DNA of 63,564 nucleotides, filler included, from Octopus bimaculoides (taxonomy: Eukaryota), in NCBI RefSeq assembly GCF_001194135.2. It is 4 parts of 3 records of this genome, joined end to end, with 100 filler letters (N's around TTAATTAATTAA, not from the genome) between each part and the next. Parts side by side here need not be neighbours in the genome. Positions count along the whole stretch, not along the records: positions 31,198 to 46,669 come from NC_068983.1; positions 46,770 to 61,920 come from NC_068983.1; 2 more parts are not named here. One strand, 5' to 3'. Shown one piece after another: positions 39,095 through 50,720 of this stretch (position 1 is the stretch's first letter; every line of letters begins with the position of its first letter). Below the pieces are notes generated by a model that had not been told where the DNA came from, did not search any database, and was given only the letters and a program-made list of their open reading frames with translations. A program made the position numbers and the translations under genes.

Positions 39095-39482
39095 GTGGAG
39101 ACGCAATGGCCCAGTGGTTAGGGCAGCGGACTCATGGTCGGAGGATCGCGGTTTCGATTCCCAGACCGGGCGTTGTGTGTGTTTATTGAGCGAAAATACC
39201 AAAAGCTCCACGAGGTTCCGGCAGGGGATGGTGGCGAACCCTGCTGTACTCTTCCACCACAACTTTCTCTCACTCTTACTTCCTCTTTCTGTTGTGCCTG
39301 TAATTCAAAGGGCCAGCCTTGTCACACTGTGTCATGCTGAATATACCTGAGAACTACATTAAGGGTACACGTGTCTGTGGAGTGCTCAGCCACTTGCATG
39401 TTTATTTCACGAGCAGGCTATTCCGTTGATCGGATCAACTGGAACCCTCGACGTCGTAAGTAACGGAGTGCCAACAACAACA
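39095..39482 (+). mobile_element. SINE family C, full length, young
   Basis: A box tggcccagtgg, B box gtttcgattcc, (CAA)n tail; 10-bp TSD ACTTCTGATC (39085-94, 39483-92); near identical to 54310-54704. Confidence 0.92.
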
Positions 39483-39851
39483 ACTTCTGATCACCAAATC
39501 TTTGCTCGGAAGCATGCTGCATTCAAACACACATTTAACAAGCTACATCTTAGGGGAATTTCCCAAACCACAAAGAGCCTTAAAATAATTAAAAAGCATA
39601 TATGTTTCCATTAATCTTTTGTCTTTCATTCTTGGCTTGTTTCAGTTATTGGACCACGACCATGCTGAAGCACTGCTTTGAAGGGTCTAGTCATACAAAC
39701 CAACCCCAGAACCTATTATTTTTAACTCTGGTACTTATTCTACAGGTTTCTTTTGCCAAACTACTAAGTTATTCCATGTAAACAAACCAACACCAGTTGT
39801 TGAGAAATTGGAGAGGGACAAACACAATTTACATACACATATATACATACG

Positions 39852-39900
<49 letters not shown>

Positions 39901-39917
39901 GTATATGACTGTCTGCT

Positions 39918-39985
39918 GTCAACTGCTGACTGTCAATTGCCAAATGTCAACTGCTGACTGTCAACTTCCAACTGTCAACTCTGAC
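39918..39985 (+). repeat. 14-bp minisatellite, about 5 units
   Basis: gtcaactgctgact / gtcaattgccaaat / gtcaactgctgact / gtcaacttccaact / gtcaactctgac. Confidence 0.75.
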
Positions 39986-40464
39986 AGTTCTTTATTTTAT
40001 TGAAATGGGTCAGTCCACTTTTAGTCGCGCGGGGATGGTGAGGATCCTTCCACAACAGTTCTTGAGCAAAACACTTCATTTCACATTACTGAAATAGTTA
40101 CCCTTTCAATCAGTGGGGAATGTTGGCCTACTGGCCTAACCAGCAAGGTGGTGTCGTTCGAAGGCAAAAAAAAATGATGCAAAGTACATTGTGACCAGCA
40201 ATGTGTAACAACATCTGATATTCTGGTCAGTCTTGTGATCACACACTCATGTGATGTCAGCATTGATCATATAGGCCTAAGCTCACAGGGTATATAGCTA
40301 TGATCATCTTGCTTTAGTTTTGGGAATAATATCTTCCAGACTACCTTATTCAGTTTTACATTTTTTATGACAGTAAGATGTGATTTGAAGAAAATTTGGC
40401 TGTTTTTTAACAGATTGGGCCACTACACTAAGCTTCCTCATTGATTCATTACATTGATTTCAAT

Positions 40465-40655
40465 ATTTGGCTCAAGGCCAGCAATTTTAGGGACGGGGTA
40501 AGTCAATTACATCGACCCCAGTGATCAATGGTATGTATTTTATCATCCTAAGAAGATGAAAGATAGAGTTGAACTTGACATGATTTGAACTCAGAACATA
40601 AGGATGTACGAAATGCCACAAAGCATTTGTCCAATATGATATTGATTCTGCCTGC
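40465..40655 (-). mobile_element. SINE family B copy
   Basis: Reverse complement matches the array units (tttgaactcagaac, acatcgacccca). Confidence 0.8.
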
Positions 40656-42941
40656 TCACTGCTTTTCATTAGTTCATTATATTAAAAGTATTATATTAAA
40701 AGTACTCAGTTGGCCAGAGACACCTACAGAATATCATGTGACTTTAGCAAAAATTCTATTTGGATTTCAAAATATATTACTTAATAAATTGCAGAAAAGA
40801 ATTTTTAAAAATTAATTTTCATTTTTACCAAAGCAAAATTAAAATTACTAACAGCAAAATTTATTGGTGTAAATATTTTTAAATGAAGATACATTTCTAC
40901 TTCTGATGGATTTTTATTAAAATATTTCATGTTATACAAATTATATCATGGTTAATTTCATCTAGGCTATATTCAGTAATTATAATGAATTTCACATTGA
41001 ATTTGCTAATCTCTATTTTATTCTTATTCTCACTGCTAAACGTTATTCTTTATTTGCCACTTTATTAAATATCATTTTTACAGTTTCTCTGAGGAGGTTT
41101 CTGTGTTGTATGTGTGTGTGTGTTACATTGTATGTTTCATTTTATTAAATATTGTTTAAATCAGTTGCTAACATCATAATAATATTTTTTACAGATTCCA
41201 GAGAAATTTACCCGGAAGATATGAAGATGCAAGAACCAATACAAAATGAGCTATCACCTACAGAAACATAACAGGGATGAAATATCCTCTCAAAAATATT
41301 AACTAAATGTTAACTAAAAAATATGAATGTAATAAAAATTAAAATATTAAAATTCCAATTCCTTTTCAAAATTCCTCCTTTCATTAAGAAAATAATTAAT
41401 CTGGTGTCAGAAGTATATATTACAGGATAAATGATTCTTCTCCAATAAGAGTAAAATTTGACCATGCATTGTTATGTATCAGTAATCTGACAGGGTGGAC
41501 TAAATTAGCAACTCATAGCTTGTTTTTTAATCACAACTCACACTTAATTGAGCAGACTTATAAGTGAAAGATTTTCTGACCTTGAGCATTCCATCTTTTG
41601 TTTTAAAACAGTCTATTGAAGACTACATTATCTAATAAGACTTTTCTTTTTCTTATTTTTTTTTTATGTTAGGGTACATGTTGAAGAAAATTTGGCTGCT
41701 ATTTCTAGTGAGCTGAGTGACCACAGAAAGATTGCCCTTCATTGGCTTGTAAATTTTGTGTTGATATTTGGTTCAATTGTCTCATTGAGGATCCCTTTCT
41801 TTATATGACTTACAGGAGAAAGGACCTCAAAGACCTGGAGGGAAAAAGTAAAGTTATCCTTAGACCAGAGACTCTGCCTGAATATTTGCAACAAAGTAGA
41901 TATCATTAAAGGCATCAAGGGTCAGGTGATGTTAAACCAGGTTGCGGATTAATTCATTTGTGCATTCCCTAATTCACATAATTGTAGAGAATCAATAGAG
42001 TATCTGGTAATCTTATCTGCAACGCATAGTGTTCTATACATAGATTTCTTTCATTCACAAACAACACTGAATAGAAAGTTGAACACCAGCTTCATGAGCT
42101 TGTGAAAACATCATTTATCATGCAAGTTCATATATATAATCAATAATAATTATATTCTCTCATGTTGAGTCAGGTCTAAGAAATCTCATTTTCTTTTCAT
42201 GCTCAGAGTCTCAGAACAATAGCAGTAATATAGCACATAACAATGAAGCCATTTCTTTACTTACCAATCTGAATCTAACAACTTTTGGTAGCAACGAAGA
42301 ATTTGAAATGTTTCTAAACATGTTGCTCAGCAAAGAAAACTTTGGTTGAGATCAAAATACAAAAGCTTGATGGATTATCTTGAAACCAGATAAGACAATT
42401 AAGAAAACTAATGTAGACAGAACTTTGATAGAGATAAAGAAAGGAAATAACATGCTTTCTATTACAGTTTATATAAATCTTATGAAAATAATTTTTCAAT
42501 GCTAACTATTCATTCCAGAATATTCTAACTCTATGTGAAAATATCATTGCTACTTCAATACTGGAAAATGGAAAAATTCTAATGGACTAATGAATTAGTC
42601 TTTAATCTAAATTGTAGTTCTGGTCAACAAATTTTTTGCTTTGAATAAAATTTCCTGATAACCATTAATAGTCAAGGAAACCAAGCTGTCTTTACAAAAC
42701 TACCAACTGCCTTTATACGTATATGTATTGACAATTAACGGAAATAGATGTTCAGTCAATTGCATAAACATTACTGTATCTTTCAAGATGTTTTGATAGA
42801 CAGAAAAAAATTGAAAAAAAAAGACATCAAATAAAATAAAAATATAATCAGAAAATGAAAATTTGTGAATATTGGTCTGTCCTTGTTAGCTTGTCATTTA
42901 TATACCCCTTACAATATATTTTTGTTTAAAGATTTCTATAT

Positions 42942-43003
<62 letters not shown>

Positions 43004-43022
43004 TGTATGTACACATACAGTC

Positions 43023-43058
<36 letters not shown>

Positions 43059-43164
43059 CCATTGATGGAATTTATAAATATTTTAATGCATCAGTACGAG
43101 TGTTTCCACTAATCACATGTTTCTAAAGATCGAAGTCTGTATTCCTGGGATGATTGCAGTAGTC

Positions 43165-43275
43165 TGTAGTATCCACGGACCTCAGGTGGACCACGTTCAT
43201 GTGTTCATTTCGTTGGGTGATATGACATTAACAGAAGGCATGAACATGGTCTACTCGATGTCCATGGATACTACA
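43165..43275. repeat. Imperfect inverted repeat (37-bp arms, 31/37 matches, 37-nt loop)
   Basis: 43165-43201 tgtagtatccacggacctcaggtggaccacgttcatg versus reverse complement of 43239-43275 tgtagtatccatggacatcgagtagaccatgttcatg. Confidence 0.85.
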
Positions 43276-43559
43276 TACTGTACTGTAGTGACTTTCATGT
43301 GTTTCCCAAAGACACTAACAACTAAAGGGAAATAATTCTAATAAGGTAATCAAAACTGGGTTGCAAATTCATTTAGATTGAAGCAAACTTATGCTTGACA
43401 ACATTCAGCATAACCTACTTTAATTATAACAAGTTTGGTGAATGCCTTTTAATTGATTTTAACAAGATCCACTGTCTTCACAATAATATGAATTAGAACA
43501 AAACACAATAAAAATTTGCTAGCGATATTCCCAGGAAGACATGGGATGAGGTAGTGAAG

Positions 43560-43960
43560 GCATCACCTTCAAATGATGGACCTCACAAAGGCAATGACAG
43601 GAGACCGAAATCTTTGGAGATATGGTGTTATTGAGAAGACCCAGCAACTAAAGTGAGATCGAAGCCTTGGCCAATGCCATTGTTGCATGTCTGGCCCATT
43701 TAAGAGTTCCCTTGATGCAACAGGTGACATGATAGACCTGTTGAGTCGAGTAAAACCAAAATCACAGCTGTGGCCAGTAACCCCTGACTGGCTCCCATTC
43801 TGGTGGCATGTAAAATGCATCATCCGAATATGGTCGATGCCAGTGTCCCCTGACTGACTGACTCCCATGTCGGTGGCATGTAAAAAGCACCCTCTGAACG
43901 TGGTCAACGCCAGGTCTGCCTGACTGGCTCCCATGCAGGTGGCATGTAAAAAGCACTATC
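43560..43960 (-). mobile_element. RTE-related 3' fragment containing three about 65-bp tandem units
   Basis: Units share tggctcccat..ggtggcatgtaaaaagcac; related motifs at 34810-34930 and about 11925. Confidence 0.55.
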
Positions 43961-44734
43961 CACGCATGACTAATGCCAGGCTTGCATGACCCCTGTTGTA
44001 CTCTTTTGCCTCAACTTTCTCTCACTCTTTCTTCCTGTTTCTTGAGTAACACTGCGATGGACTGGCATCCCGTCCAGCTGGGGGGAAACACATACGCCAT
44101 AGAAACCGGGCCCATGAGCCTGGTTAGGCTTTAAAAGGGTGCATAATAATAAATAATATATATATATATAAATCTCTGTCAATTCTCCAGGAGTGATAAA
44201 CTACAGGACTCAATACAAATGTAGAGTATTCTTCAACACAACGTAACTAGAAGATTCCAATTTCCTGGACTCCAAGTTGCTTGTTTTTGATCATCAGCTG
44301 GTAGATTGAGCTTGGGTTTCTTTTGAATATCCACTGTGTGAATATTTTTTGAAATATGAATTGAAAGATTGAAGTAAACACTTACTGGTGTGTCTGTGTA
44401 TGTCTGTGTGTGCATGTGTGCATCTGTGTGAGTGTGCATCTGTGTATGTGTGAGCATTGTGTGTGTGTATGCATCTGTGTATGTATGTGTGTGCATGTGT
44501 GTGTGTGTGCGTGTGTGTGTGCATGCATGCACATCTGTGTGGAGGTATGATGAATATGTTAGGATGTTGATATTTCTTGCTGTGACTGCTTGAGTGAACC
44601 AATGATGATGTTCACATTCCTTGTTGACATTATGAAGAATTTCTCTGCACTTTTAAAGATCTCTGGAAAAAAATCTCTAACTTAAAACACTGGTAACCGA
44701 TGGAGACAAGAACATCAACCTGTAAAAACCTCAC

Positions 44735-45075
44735 CTCAGATAAAGTGTAAAGGGCAAAAAACACCTTCAGACATGAATGACCATGGGATTACACCTTGAA
44801 AGTTCCCCTCCAATGTACAAGTCCAGGCAGGGTTGTTTATGGAAGACCAGCCGACGTCCATGCATACCAGTCTCCCCTCTCCACACCACATGTTGTCCAA
44901 GAAAAAGGCAAAGGCTGATACTAGAGGGATGTTGCAACTCATTTCTACAGCTGAGTGAACTGAAGCAACATGAAATAAAGTGTCTTGCTCAAGAACACAA
45001 CACACAACCCAGTTCAAGAATTGAAACCACTACCTCATGATTGCGAGCCTGATGCTCTAACCACTGAGCCATGCA
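44735..45075 (-). mobile_element. tRNA-headed SINE (family C-related head)
   Basis: Minus-strand head tggctcagtggttagagcatcaggctcgc..tgtgttcttgagcaagacactttatttca; same head at 50423(+) and 54880-55005(-). Confidence 0.8.
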
Positions 45076-45530
45076 TCTAACCCATGCTAGTTGGGAAAAA
45101 ATGGAAATCAAACAAATCATTGTGTGTGTCTCTGTGTGTGTGTGTGTGTGTGCATGTGTGTGTGTGTGTGTGTACATGCATATGCAAAAGGAGACATGGT
45201 TGGCGATTCCTTCATTTTGACATATGTGAGATTGGTCAGACAATATATGGAAAAATACATTTATGCAATACAAACCTAGTCTCTTGTAATTATTGTCTTG
45301 TGTGTTGCAGCCAGCTGTCAAAGCATGTCACATGTTCAGCTTACAGAAGCAGAATCTGGTCTAGTACTAAATATTTTCACATGTCCTTGATTGATGTCAT
45401 ATTTTCTGAGTTCTTTAACTCAGTTCCAAATTCTTTTTTAACATGTCAACTAATGTCATAATGTTACAGGTGTATATATTATATAATATGTGATGTGTGT
45501 ATGCGTGTGTATGTGTGTCTGCATGTGCAT

Positions 45531-45561
<31 letters not shown>

Positions 45562-45589
45562 ATTCTTGTGTATGACTACAATGTTAGAT

Positions 45590-45840
45590 GGTAGTGAGAT
45601 GTAGACTGAATGATGCAGAGGACATCTGAATACTAGAGAGAAATGAAACTAATATGCTGTGTTGGATGTGCAGTGTCATTGTGCATATGCAACAAAGTGC
45701 TAATGTACTGTATAATGATGAATTAGATGTAGTGTGCAAGGGAGGAGATGGTGCTGTTTTGGTCAAGGATGCATATGAATGAGGATAGTTACATAAGGAA
45801 ATGTCGGTCACTGAAAGTGGATGGAACTGGTGGAGAGATA
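45590..45840 (+). mobile_element. RTE RT C-terminal fragment
   Basis: LERNETNMLCWMCSV.., same region as 20500-20750 in the opposite orientation. Confidence 0.7.
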
Positions 45841-45863
45841 AATTCATGTAAACACGGAACATA

Positions 45864-46470
45864 CAAGGGGTGGGGTATCAAAAAAGTTCTTGGACTAGTT
45901 CTGTAGCATGCCAACAGATGGCAGTACACAGTTGCATACACAGTAAGAGCAAGCAGTGACCTTCATGAGGCAGTGTGCCAGGAAACATCACAGTGTTTAC
46001 TTCACAAGTTGTGAAATTTGTGTTTTTATGATCACATGTATGGTGTAGTCTGCGATTTTTGTTATGGACAGGAAGTTGGAACAAAGAGCCAAAGGGAAAT
46101 TTTGCATTAAACTTGGGGAGTTTACTGCAGAGATATTGAGCAAGCTTCAATAAGCTTACAGCACCAAGGCAATGGGTCGCATGCAATGTCTCAAGTAGCA
46201 TGGGTGCACAACAGAGCCACAGCTTAATCAAGAGCATACTCATCGTTTTTTCGACATCCATGGCATTGTGTATTGAGAATTCAACACCCACCCCAGGGCC
46301 AGACCATCAGTTGAGACTTCTACTGCAATGTTTTGAAGTGTTTGAAGGAGGACATTCTGTGAAAGCGACCAGATCCATGGATTGCAAAGAACTGGATTCT
46401 TCACAACAACAATATACCCTGTCACAGAGCTCTCCTTATTCATGATATCAGTTCCACACCTGACCCACCC
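45864..46470 (+). mobile_element. Internally deleted mariner remnant
   Basis: TA-caaggggtggggtatcaaaaaagttcttggact left TIR; later WILHNNN..CHRA and HPPY-like motifs. Confidence 0.7.
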
Positions 46471-46769
46471 TATTTGCCAAGAAGAAAATGCAGCTCAAAG
46501 GTTTCCATTTACCAAATCCACTCACAAGGCTTTGGTTAGCCCGAGGCTATAGTAGAAGACATTTGCCCAAGGTGGTGCCATGTAGTGGAACTGAACCCAG
46601 AACTATGTGGTTGGTAAGCAAGCTACTTACCACACAGCCAATCCAGCGCCTATATATATATATATATATNNNNNNNNNNNNNNNNNNNNNNNNNNNNNNN
46701 NNNNNNNNNNNNNTTAATTAATTAANNNNNNNNNNNNNNNNNNNNNNNNNNNNNNNNNNNNNNNNNNNN

Positions 46770-47061
46770 GATAAAGGTAGCTTTTGCACATTTATCAAGG
46801 CCAAATTGCATCCTGATGTCATCACTGAATTGTTTAACAATCGCTAGTAGGCCTTTGAGTTGTTGGTCATTTTTTGCAAAGAGCTTTAAATCATCCATGT
46901 AAATGAGATGATTTATATTTTTATCAAATATTTTATAACCATACTGTGCATCATTGAGCAATTTTGAGAGCGGTATTAGGGCTAGACAGAAGAGGAGTGG
47001 TGATAGTGAGTCACCCTGGAAAATGCCACATGAAATTCTTACATCTCCAGCATTTAGAGAT

Positions 47062-47063
<2 letters not shown>
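46770..47063 (-). mobile_element. R4/Dong-like LINE RT fragment, 5'-truncated against (TAA)n
   Basis: Open frame GIFQGDSLSPLLFCLALIPL..HLIYMDDLKLFAK..IRMQFGLDKCAK; begins directly after the 47064-47117 repeat; cut by the linker gap. Confidence 0.95.
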
Positions 47064-47117
<54 letters not shown>

Positions 47118-47119
<2 letters not shown>

Positions 47120-47345
47120 GGCGGTGAGCTGACAGAATCGCTAGTACGTCGGAAAAAATGGTTAGCGGCATTTCGTCCATTCTTACTTTCCAAGTACAAA
47201 TTCCGCCGAGGTCGACTTTGTCCTTCATCGTTTCGGGATCGATAATATAATTACCAGTGAAACACTAAGGTCGATGTAATCGACTAGTCTCCTTCCCCAA
47301 AATTGCAGGCCTTGTGCCTACAGTAGAAAAGATTATTATTATTAT
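47118..47345 (+). mobile_element. SINE family B, CpG-retaining copy between (ATT)n tracts
   Basis: aaggcggtgagctgacagaatcg..aaattccgccgaggtcgactttg..gaaaagattattattatt. Confidence 0.9.
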
Positions 47346-48033
47346 TATTGATGAGAACACAAAAGATTTTGCATCCATATAATTCTTTACTCGTCATGAA
47401 ACTAGACAAATTTATAACGTTTACAGTCATCTCAATTTTATTAAACAACAGCAGTTTGTCCGCCCATTGTTAACTCTCTCTTCTCCTGACATGAAACTAG
47501 GCCTTACTGAATCTTAAGATGGTGAAAATGGCACCTTGTACAAGAAATATGCGCAGTCAGTTATTCTATCAAATGGTATTTTGATATGTGTGATAAAAGC
47601 CAGCCGTTCCACTATGAACTTGAATGGCGAGGTAACATGTACCATCTTTTCGTCTGCTTAGTTGTGAGTAAACAGAGCCATCATTTCAACTCTCCCATCA
47701 TTTGACATAGCGGCATCTCCAAAATATGCCAGGTGAAAGAAAGGGAGAGGTACCAGCACTCAACTGGTACTCATATTCAGCAGAGTAGTTCGTAGTAACG
47801 GCACAACGTGCCACCGTGTCCAAGAACTGAACGCACGACACTATGATCGAGAGCCGAACACCCAAGCCACGAGGCCACATAAGTGTTATAAAGAAGAATG
47901 TATTAGTATTAATATCGAAATAAAATCGAGAAGACACAAGGGTACATAATTCTACATCCATTTCAGGAATTTCAATCATTTTTCGGTATTCATAATGCAA
48001 GAAAATAATTTAGAAGTGCTGTTATTCTAACAG

Positions 48034-48072
48034 CTTTGGAAAATGGTGAATCACTAAAGCCAAAGAGGCGTG
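48034..48072 (+). CDS. Candidate 39-nt phase 1-1 exon (ALENGESLKPKRR) upstream of the WSC exon
   Basis: ttctaacag acceptor, gtatgt donor, open frame; no domain match. Confidence 0.35.
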
Positions 48073-49080
48073 GTATGTTGAGAATTGAGAACGCCGTTTA
48101 TATGCACTGTATTTAAGATTTCCAGTTAGATACGATCTAGCTCAACTCCAATCTACATCTGTAGAACAGTGGAACGCATTGCGGTATGCAAACGAAATAC
48201 TCGTTAGTTTCCGTGCGTTTCTTCTTTCTGTACCTATTTACATAGGCCAGAGACATAGTTCCACATGATTGTAGTGTTTGCTTAATCTCTTCGTCCCCTA
48301 TAGATTGTAAGGTTATCGACGATTTTTTCCACTGTTCTCAACACTGGGCTATCCTTCTCCAAAGTCTTGTTAGTTTTGAAATACCATCGACTTTTCTGTG
48401 GCTTTGCTTTTCTTTTAATTCTAGGAAGGTATGTTGGCTATAAGCACATCATGTTTACCTCTGGGAAGAGGTGTCTATATTAGTCTTGCCCCTATCCTTT
48501 GACCTCTCCAGCATGAGAAGCCCTTTCAGGAGCTTATTTCCTGCAGACAGAGCTCTAATGGTCACTGAGGCACATAAGCAACCACACCGCAACAAAGACT
48601 GAACCTTGAGAAGGGCACGACTGTAGTGCTTTTGTTATAACGAGAATCGCCAATAGTTCAGCAACTTGTACCGTTTTCTCTGAGTGAAATATCTTCCGTC
48701 TAATTCTATTTCAATTTTCTTACGGATACACCACGGTATATCAAAAATTCGTTTTGACTGGTACTTCAAGTTTCGCCTAACGGCTTATTGAGCCAGTTTA
48801 GATGGCCAAGCCATATGGTGAAACCTAATGTCCTCTTCAAAACAGATTTTATGATAAATCTGTGTCTACTTTCAATATTAATTCTCCATCAACTACTCTC
48901 GTTATTCTTAAACATGCTTTGGAATAATAACCTTAAATTAATATTAAAACTACGGGGTTTATATTTCTGTTTATATTAAATACAATATTAAACAAGAATG
49001 AATAAAATGAATGCAAGTATTCTTCAATCCACATTTTCACACTCATTCTACTGTAAATATTTATGGCTAACATTTTACAG

Positions 49081-49204
49081 TATGGCACAAAATGTTATTG
49101 TGGAAATCGATACGATACATATGGAAAATCAATGGGTTGCTACAGGAAATGCAGAAGCGGCGAATTGTGTGGAGGATACTTAGCAAGTTCAGTGTATACG
49201 TCTG
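49081..49204 (+). CDS. Exon encoding the C-terminal half of a WSC domain
   Basis: ttttacag/..g|gtaagt; YGTKCYCGNRYDTYGKSMGCYRKCRSGELCGGYLASSVYTS matches the WSC YG.C.CGN..C..C..CGG...VY pattern (5 Cys); phase 0 to 1. Confidence 0.85.
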
Positions 49205-49750
49205 GTAAGTAGAATAATATATAATTACTAATATATCGTTAACAAAAAGATCTAATAAGAATTTTAGTTAAGACTCAAGACAAATTTACATAGACAAGTA
49301 AAATAGTTGAGTGAATATTCTCTCCTAAATTGGTTTGTGTTTGTATATGCCAGTGTTTAAATGACGCTCAAAATGCTTCTCTTTAAGCCAAATGTCAGCC
49401 TCTGATTACAGGTAAATAAAATCTATATTGAAGACCTAAATATGTTCTAGGCCTCCATGATCGACTAAATACCATCAAGGTGGTGACAGCATGTCCGATG
49501 TCCGGTGGCTGAAACCAACTAAAGAATATGGATTTGATGGTCTTCATTAGGTCAAAGAGATTCCTGTTCTAGAGCAGGTATGATCGACTAAAAACATTGA
49601 GGGTTGTGACCCAGAAAGCCCGAAGTTCTGTTACTGAAAGCATTCAAAGAATATACATCTGCGTGTCACATAAATTAAATGAACTTCAAATTTCACTGAC
49701 AAAGCATAATAGAAAGAAGGCGAGGTTAAAAATCCATACTGAAATAAATA

Positions 49751-49940
49751 CAGTATTTATTCGTGTACAACTCGCATCCGTGTATAATTCGCACCCTAAT
49801 TTAGTATAAAGTCTTGGAACAAATTTTTTTTTCCTTCATATTCAAATTTGAGATTTGCTTTGCCCCGTTTATAAGTGGCACTCAATTTTTCAGCTGAAAG
49901 CAAGTATAAAATGGTGCAAATTACACACGATTACATAGGG
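49751..49940. mobile_element. pogo/Tigger-like MITE
   Basis: TA flanks; imperfect TIRs cagtatttattcgtgtacaactcgcatcc / ggtgcaaattacacacgattacataggg. Confidence 0.5.
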
Positions 49941-50030
49941 TAAGTGCCACATAGTTAGCACTGCTTCTAAAATGATTCAAACCATTTCATTTTTAATATT
50001 CTAATTCTAAATATTTTTTCACACAAAAGC

Positions 50031-50068
50031 AGGCGGTATTGTAAATGTATGCATTTACAATACCGCCT
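50031..50068. repeat. Perfect palindrome, 17-bp arms and 4-nt spacer
   Basis: aggcggtattgtaaatg-tatg-catttacaataccgcct. Confidence 0.95.
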
Positions 50069-50422
50069 AAATGCACACACTTATACAACCTATTCATATA
50101 AACACGTATAGAGTATATTAAACATGTACTCATTCTAAAAATAAATCAGAAGTTCGTGAACACATATTTTATAATTTGTTTTCTATATTTCAGAACCACC
50201 TAGAGAAAGTGATTATTTTCAATGGTCTTGATATGGTGATGTATATAAATCGTCTGCTAAGAAAACACAATTAGTTGCTATTTTTTCTCTTATGTGCACT
50301 TAGTCTCAGGTGATTTATGGAAGCAGAATACTTAAAGAGGAAGAAGCTACAGAGTTTAAATCTATATTTTATTAAAGAATATTATGTTGGGGATTTTTTG
50401 TTAGTCCTGCGCCTTCGCATGT

Positions 50423-50720
50423 GAAGGCGCATTGCTCAGTGGCTAGAGCAGCGGGCTCACAATCATGAGGTGGTGAGTTTGATTACCAGACCTGACTGTG
50501 TGATATGTTCTTGAGCAAGATACTTTATTTCACGCTGCTCCAGTTCACTCAGCTGTAAAAATGAGTTGCGACGTCATGGGCGCTAAGCTTTACCGGCCTT
50601 TTTCTGGTCCTTGGACAACATCGGTGGTGTGGAGAGGAGAGCTGGTCTTCCAAAAATGACCTTGTCCGGAATTGTACTTCGGAGGAGGATTTTCTAGGTT
50701 CAATTCCATGGTCATTCATG
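50423..50720 (+). mobile_element. tRNA-headed SINE (family C-related head)
   Basis: gaaggcgcattgctcagtggctagagcagcggg..gttcttgagcaagatactttatttcacg. Confidence 0.8.
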
